From NCBI GenBank assembly GCA_027491395.1, contig JAOZFI010000057.1, forward strand, positions 1-11,406: a stretch of 11,406 nt of DNA. The letters are read 5' to 3'. The DNA comes from Thermoproteota archaeon. GTDB taxonomy: Archaea > Korarchaeota > Korarchaeia > Korarchaeales > Korarchaeaceae. The position numbers and the translations under genes were made by a program. Position 1 is the first letter of the stretch; every line of letters starts with the position of its first letter. This document shows positions 8,041 through 11,406 of the stretch, one piece after another. Under the pieces are notes generated by a model. It did no database searches and had not been told where the DNA came from. It saw only the letters and a program-made list of their open reading frames with translations.

Positions 8041-9236
8041 AGGATCACCCCCAGAGCGAGGGAAATTATCACAGATAGAATGGAGGCAGGCACCAAGTAC
8101 TTGTAGACGCCCGAGTACCTCCCACCGTAGTGTTCCAGTGTAAGTATTAGACAGAGGTGCACTGGGGAGAGCATGACCCCTATGTAGCCCCCCGTATACC
8201 CCACCAGAAGTGCCAAGTCATTTATCGCTTTACCCGTCCCCAGCACATTTATCAGGAGGGGAAAAGCTGTTCCCGCGAACACGAACTCCCCGGCGGTAGT
8301 GGCGCCTATGACGAAGGGGAGGGTGAAAACTACGGGCATTATTGGAATACCGTGGGAGACCATGAAATTCAGGAGAGCATCGGCTGAATGGCTGTCGAAC
8401 ACGTACTGCCTGTACATCATCACGGCCACTATCACCAAGAGGATCTTGGGCGAGAGGGCGAACTTCACGCCTTCCACCAGCTTCTCCTTGGAGGGCCTCG
8501 CGTATGCTGCGGTCGCTGAGGCGGTGATCAGGAGGGCGAACTCCACCGGGAGCCTCACCACGAAGACTAGGATCACGACGAGGAGGAAGGGCCATCCTGC
8601 CACTATCAGTTTCCACCTGCTGCCAACTCTCTCCTCACAGCTCCTAGCTCTCCTCCTCAGTAATGGGTAGGAGATTATTAAGCCCGCCCCTATCGTCCCG
8701 ATCGCTGCGGGAAAGGTTGATTCTATTATCCTGACTATCGGCGTGTTTAGTATGACTGCGGTGAGTATGAGGGCCTGGAACAGGGGCCAGACGGGCACCC
8801 ATATGTGCCTGAACCAGTAGTTCAGAAAGGAGGCGAAGTCACTATCCAGCCCCTGCCTCTCCAAGTAGTGCTCCTTTAGCATCATGGCCGAAACCAAGGC
8901 GCCGCCGGGCATGGGAATGAGACCTACCAGCGATGGGACGAATATGGAGGCGAAGTTGCAGCTCAGGCTGGCGAATAGCCGGGTCATCTTATCGAGGATG
9001 CCAGCCACCTTCATCATGTAAGAGAGGAACAGGGCCGAGAAGAAGGCTATAAACAGCTTCAGAGTGGAGTAGGTGAAGATCCCCCTGACAGTGGAATCTG
9101 CCATCCCTGCCCCCAAGGTGAGCAGGCCGAACACCAAGGTGGAGGCCATTATCGCAATGTGAACCTCAAGCTTCCTAATCAGAAGTCCCACGAGTATAGC
9201 CACCGATATAGCGAAACTCAGTACGGGATCTATCAT
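8028..9236 (-). CDS. DUF401 family (TIGR00529-like) membrane protein, putative transporter
   Basis: About 11-12 hydrophobic segments with GLIPMPGGALVSA, NYWFRHIW and MLSPVHLCL. ATG 9236 (MIDPVLSF) is preferred over 9299 because GGAGGCGGGGAAGG precedes it and a TTTTAA box lies about 30 nt upstream. Confidence 0.88.
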   Translation of the reverse strand: MIDPVLSFAISVAILVGLLIRKLEVHIAIMASTLVFGLLTLGAGMADSTVRGIFTYSTLKLFIAFFSALFLSYMMKVAGILDKMTRLFASLSCNFASIFVPSLVGLIPMPGGALVSAMMLKEHYLERQGLDSDFASFLNYWFRHIWVPVWPLFQALILTAVILNTPIVRIIESTFPAAIGTIGAGLIISYPLLRRRARSCEERVGSRWKLIVAGWPFLLVVILVFVVRLPVEFALLITASATAAYARPSKEKLVEGVKFALSPKILLVIVAVMMYRQYVFDSHSADALLNFMVSHGIPIMPVVFTLPFVIGATTAGEFVFAGTAFPLLINVLGTGKAINDLALLVGYTGGYIGVMLSPVHLCLILTLEHYGGRYSGVYKYLVPASILSVIISLALGVILWGR

Positions 9237-9264
9237 CGGCCTTCCCCGCCTCCAGATACCCTTT

Positions 9265-9272
9265 CTTAAAAT
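9265..9272 (-). promoter_or_regulatory. Putative TATA box for the DUF401-larA operon
   Basis: The minus strand reads ATTTTAAG about 30 nt upstream of ATG 9236. Confidence 0.45.
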
Positions 9273-9444
9273 CGTTGACTTGCTGACGTCTTCACCCATA
9301 GGCCCTGTCGACGGTGCAGCTGTTTCGTCGGAGGGATACGGATGCAGGTCCTAAAGCTTATCCGATCTTTCTAAGCACTCCAATCCCGGGAATACCTTTG
9401 TATGATCCGGTTGTCCTGAGGATGTCTTCTTAGAAATCCAGGCA

Positions 9445-9560
9445 ACATTAGGAAAATTAATTACGATTTAACAGTAGCTTCGGTTCACGGGCATACACGT
9501 AAAAAATTTGTTTGTAAAAAGAAAAACTAATTAGACGTAATTACACCCGTCCTTTTTGCC
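9445..9560. promoter_or_regulatory. AT-rich divergent regulatory region with three TAATTA palindromes and A-tracts
   Basis: TAATTA at 9458-9463, 9528-9533 and 9538-9543. A-tracts at 9501-9506, 9516-9520 and 9522-9526. This is visibly the most AT-rich stretch of the window. Confidence 0.5.
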
Positions 9561-9582
9561 ATTTGCGCGTATGACATCCAAG

Positions 9583-9590
9583 TTTATTAG
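9583..9590 (+). promoter_or_regulatory. Putative TATA box for the Csx1-like gene (leaderless or short leader)
   Basis: TTTATTAG about 21-28 nt before ATG 9611, with no RBS in between. Confidence 0.5.
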
Positions 9591-9610
9591 TAATCGACCC
9601 TCAATCCGGT

Positions 9611-11143
9611 ATGATGGAAAACCCCTCTTTAATAGTATACGTATACAGGGGAGGGCAAAAGTGGTCAAGGTTCCACACTGCCAGGGGAATAGTTGAGACT
9701 TCGATTCCCTTCATAGCTGACGTGGTCAGCCTCCTCGGCTCCCCTAGGGTCAAGGTCCTCGTGTTCGTTCCCCACTGCATCGCAAAATTGAGGGAGCTCA
9801 GGGATCTCGACGGCTTGGTGGAGAGGATCAGAGATGAGATTAGGAACGTGCTGAGAATGAGCAGATTGAACGGAGAACCGATAGATGGGATATTCAAGGA
9901 GAAGTACGGTAGGTCGTTGATGGCCGAAACTCGGGTGGTTCCCTTGGAGTGCACCGGCAGGTGTGAGATCGACGGTGAAGTAGTGGAGTTCCAAGGAGAT
10001 CTGCTATGGATGGCCCTCAGGATCATGCTGTTCTTGGAGGACGAGCTGAGGGACTTGCCATCCGAGAAGCTCCTCCTAGTGGATCTGAGTGGTGGTGGAA
10101 TTTATCACGCTCCGGTTTACGCTGCCTCAAACTTGGTAAGCGCCTCATACCCAGAGGTGTCCATGAGGTACGTTTACTGGGAGGGTTCCCCCACACTGGG
10201 CAGGCCAGAGACAAATGGAAGGATGGTGGTCAGGGGGGCTGAGGAGCTCCTGACCGTGGTGAATCTTCTAGCCGCCCTCTTGAAGGGATGTCCGGGTGAA
10301 CCTATCCATGCACTGCCGGATCTTGTGGACAGGTTGAGGAGAACCGAACTGGGGGAGAGGGCTGCAGTTGGATTACTCTCGATGGTTGGGGTGGTCTGTG
10401 GTCTCAAGCTCCCGATACTGCCCCTAGCACATCTCTCGATCCTTGAATTGATGAGGACGGAGATCCCTTACATTAGGGATCCGTTGGATTTGGAGATGAA
10501 CGTTGAATTGTTTAGGTACGATATCTGGACGGTGAGATACGTTTACCGCTCCTTCGGGACGGAGCTGGATGATCCCTTGGTCGCTCTGATGATCGCCGCT
10601 ACATCATACGCTAAGGAGAGGGTTCGGGAAATGGGGATCGTCCCCTCAATAGAGGAGTTCGAGATCGTGGACAGGCTCACGGGTAAAAAGCTTCGGCTCG
10701 CGGATATGAGTTGGGAGTGGCTGGAACTGATCAGCGATTTCCTCTTGGAGAATGGGGCCCTTACTCAGCTCGCTACGATATGCGTCCACCTAGGTCCACT
10801 GTTGGATATTTGCAGGGAGAACTTGGGCTTTCGCAACTCCACGGGAATGAGGTACGACGAACTATGGAAGCTGTCTAGGGAGGAAGGGATTTCGTTACTT
10901 GCAGATCTGCTCGAGAGGAACGAGATGGCTGAGGACCTCATGGATGAGATGAGGGAAGTGATGAGAGATCCCTCGAAGGTGATGGAGATGAGGGAGATCA
11001 TTGTTTCCTCAGCTGGACTGTCTCTTCCTCTCGTGTACCTTATACACGCCCTCGACAGGGGTGTGGAGTTCCTTTACGTGGTGGACCTTGTCAGGAAGTT
11101 GAGGGGGCCCTCCTCAATTGTTTTCCTGTGCTCCCTCCGATGA
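9611..11143 (+). CDS. Divergent Csx1-like CARF-HEPN protein with degenerate motifs
   Basis: Colinear with archaeal Csx1 as recalled. LIVYVYRGGQKW ~ LVxxWGxPxxW. KVLVFVPHCIA ~ ILILVxDTxA. VVPLECTG...VEFQGDL ~ VxVLPGxG...xFxGxx. LLVDLSGGGIYHAP ~ VYLDLTHGINFMP. MRYVYWEGSP ~ xxxxNSEPYP. The C-terminal MREIIVSSAGLSLPLVYL...VEFLY ~ RNFIAHxGFxxNxVxV...LxFxY. Length is similar. Confidence 0.65.
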   Translation: MMENPSLIVYVYRGGQKWSRFHTARGIVETSIPFIADVVSLLGSPRVKVLVFVPHCIAKLRELRDLDGLVERIRDEIRNVLRMSRLNGEPIDGIFKEKYGRSLMAETRVVPLECTGRCEIDGEVVEFQGDLLWMALRIMLFLEDELRDLPSEKLLLVDLSGGGIYHAPVYAASNLVSASYPEVSMRYVYWEGSPTLGRPETNGRMVVRGAEELLTVVNLLAALLKGCPGEPIHALPDLVDRLRRTELGERAAVGLLSMVGVVCGLKLPILPLAHLSILELMRTEIPYIRDPLDLEMNVELFRYDIWTVRYVYRSFGTELDDPLVALMIAATSYAKERVREMGIVPSIEEFEIVDRLTGKKLRLADMSWEWLELISDFLLENGALTQLATICVHLGPLLDICRENLGFRNSTGMRYDELWKLSREEGISLLADLLERNEMAEDLMDEMREVMRDPSKVMEMREIIVSSAGLSLPLVYLIHALDRGVEFLYVVDLVRKLRGPSSIVFLCSLR

Positions 11144-11406
11144 CCTCCTGAATCTCGCCACCTTGGCCGAGATTATCAGGGCGGCGCTCACCAAGAGCAC
11201 CACGATCCAACCGGGTGGATGGGAGAACCTAAGCGACCTTATCTCCCCTCCCACGCTGTAAACCAAGTTCCCGTCATCCGACCAAGCGTAATGTATCTCC
11301 CTTCCCCTAGCCAGCTCCTCAACTGAATCACCACTCCTGAGAAGGAGGACCTTGGTATCGTTGAACTCCAACCTCACCAATAGCTTCCCATCCCTAGACC
11401 ACTCGA
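11114..11406 (-). CDS. Membrane-anchored protein with beta-propeller-like (WSxDG) repeats, 5' truncated by the window edge
   Basis: The frame stays open to the window end and reads EWSRDGKLLVRL...YAWSDDGNLVYS (two TolB/PD40-like WSxDG motifs). A C-terminal hydrophobic helix WIVVLLVSAALIISA and a basic tail KVARFRR follow. The 3' end overlaps the convergent gene by 30 nt. Confidence 0.65.
   Translation of the reverse strand, partial: EWSRDGKLLVRLEFNDTKVLLLRSGDSVEELARGREIHYAWSDDGNLVYSVGGEIRSLRFSHPPGWIVVLLVSAALIISAKVARFRRSSEGAQENN

Noticed and set aside
7411-8106. 231-aa plus-strand ORF, plus the many other 60-180 aa alternative-frame ORFs
   Set aside because: They lie antisense to or out of frame within well-supported genes (larA, DUF389, GT2, DUF354) and have no recognisable motifs. 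Such shadow ORFs are expected in GC-rich coding DNA.
9237-9299. Longer N-terminus of DUF401 from ATG 9299
   Set aside because: The extension contains the TATA-like box and RBS that fit ATG 9236, and it adds a basic, non-family-like peptide.
9410-9446. Imperfect inverted repeat GTTGTCCTG...CAGGCAAC, sharing TTGTCCTGA with the reverse complement of 372-380
   Set aside because: The pairing needs several bulges, and one shared 9-mer between two intergenic regions of this size is plausible by chance.
9430-9560. Replication origin (AT-rich unwinding element)
   Set aside because: No convincing ORB motif (TCCAxTGGAAA with a G-string) and no adjacent orc1/cdc6 gene.
9300-9610. CRISPR array or leader next to the Csx1-like gene
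   Set aside because: No direct repeats of 24-40 nt with regular spacing are visible. AT-richness alone is not enough to call a leader.

Overview
An 11.4 kb archaeal-looking chromosomal window. The evidence is frequent AGG/ATA codons, TATA-like boxes about 25-30 nt before starts, GGTGA/GGAGG ribosome-binding sites and archaeal gene families; a TACK/Korarchaeota-like origin is only an impression. Left, + strand: the 3' end of a V4R-domain gene, then a multi-zinc-ribbon TackOD1-like protein fused to an apparently inactive Mrr/PD-(D/E)XK-like domain, then a processive GT2 (D,D,D,QxxRW) polysaccharide synthase. Middle, - strand, tightly packed: DUF401 membrane protein, LarA-family racemase, an unusually long DUF389 membrane protein, a DUF354 GT-B-like protein and a small hypothetical. 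After an AT-rich divergent intergenic region lies a 510-aa gene that reads as a Csx1 (CARF-HEPN) homologue with both signature motifs degenerate and no CRISPR-cas neighbours. It overlaps the 3' end of a membrane-anchored beta-propeller-like gene. The best leads are the V4R/TackOD1/GT2 module and the orphan, apparently dead Csx1. All family calls come from reading motifs by eye; no searches were run.
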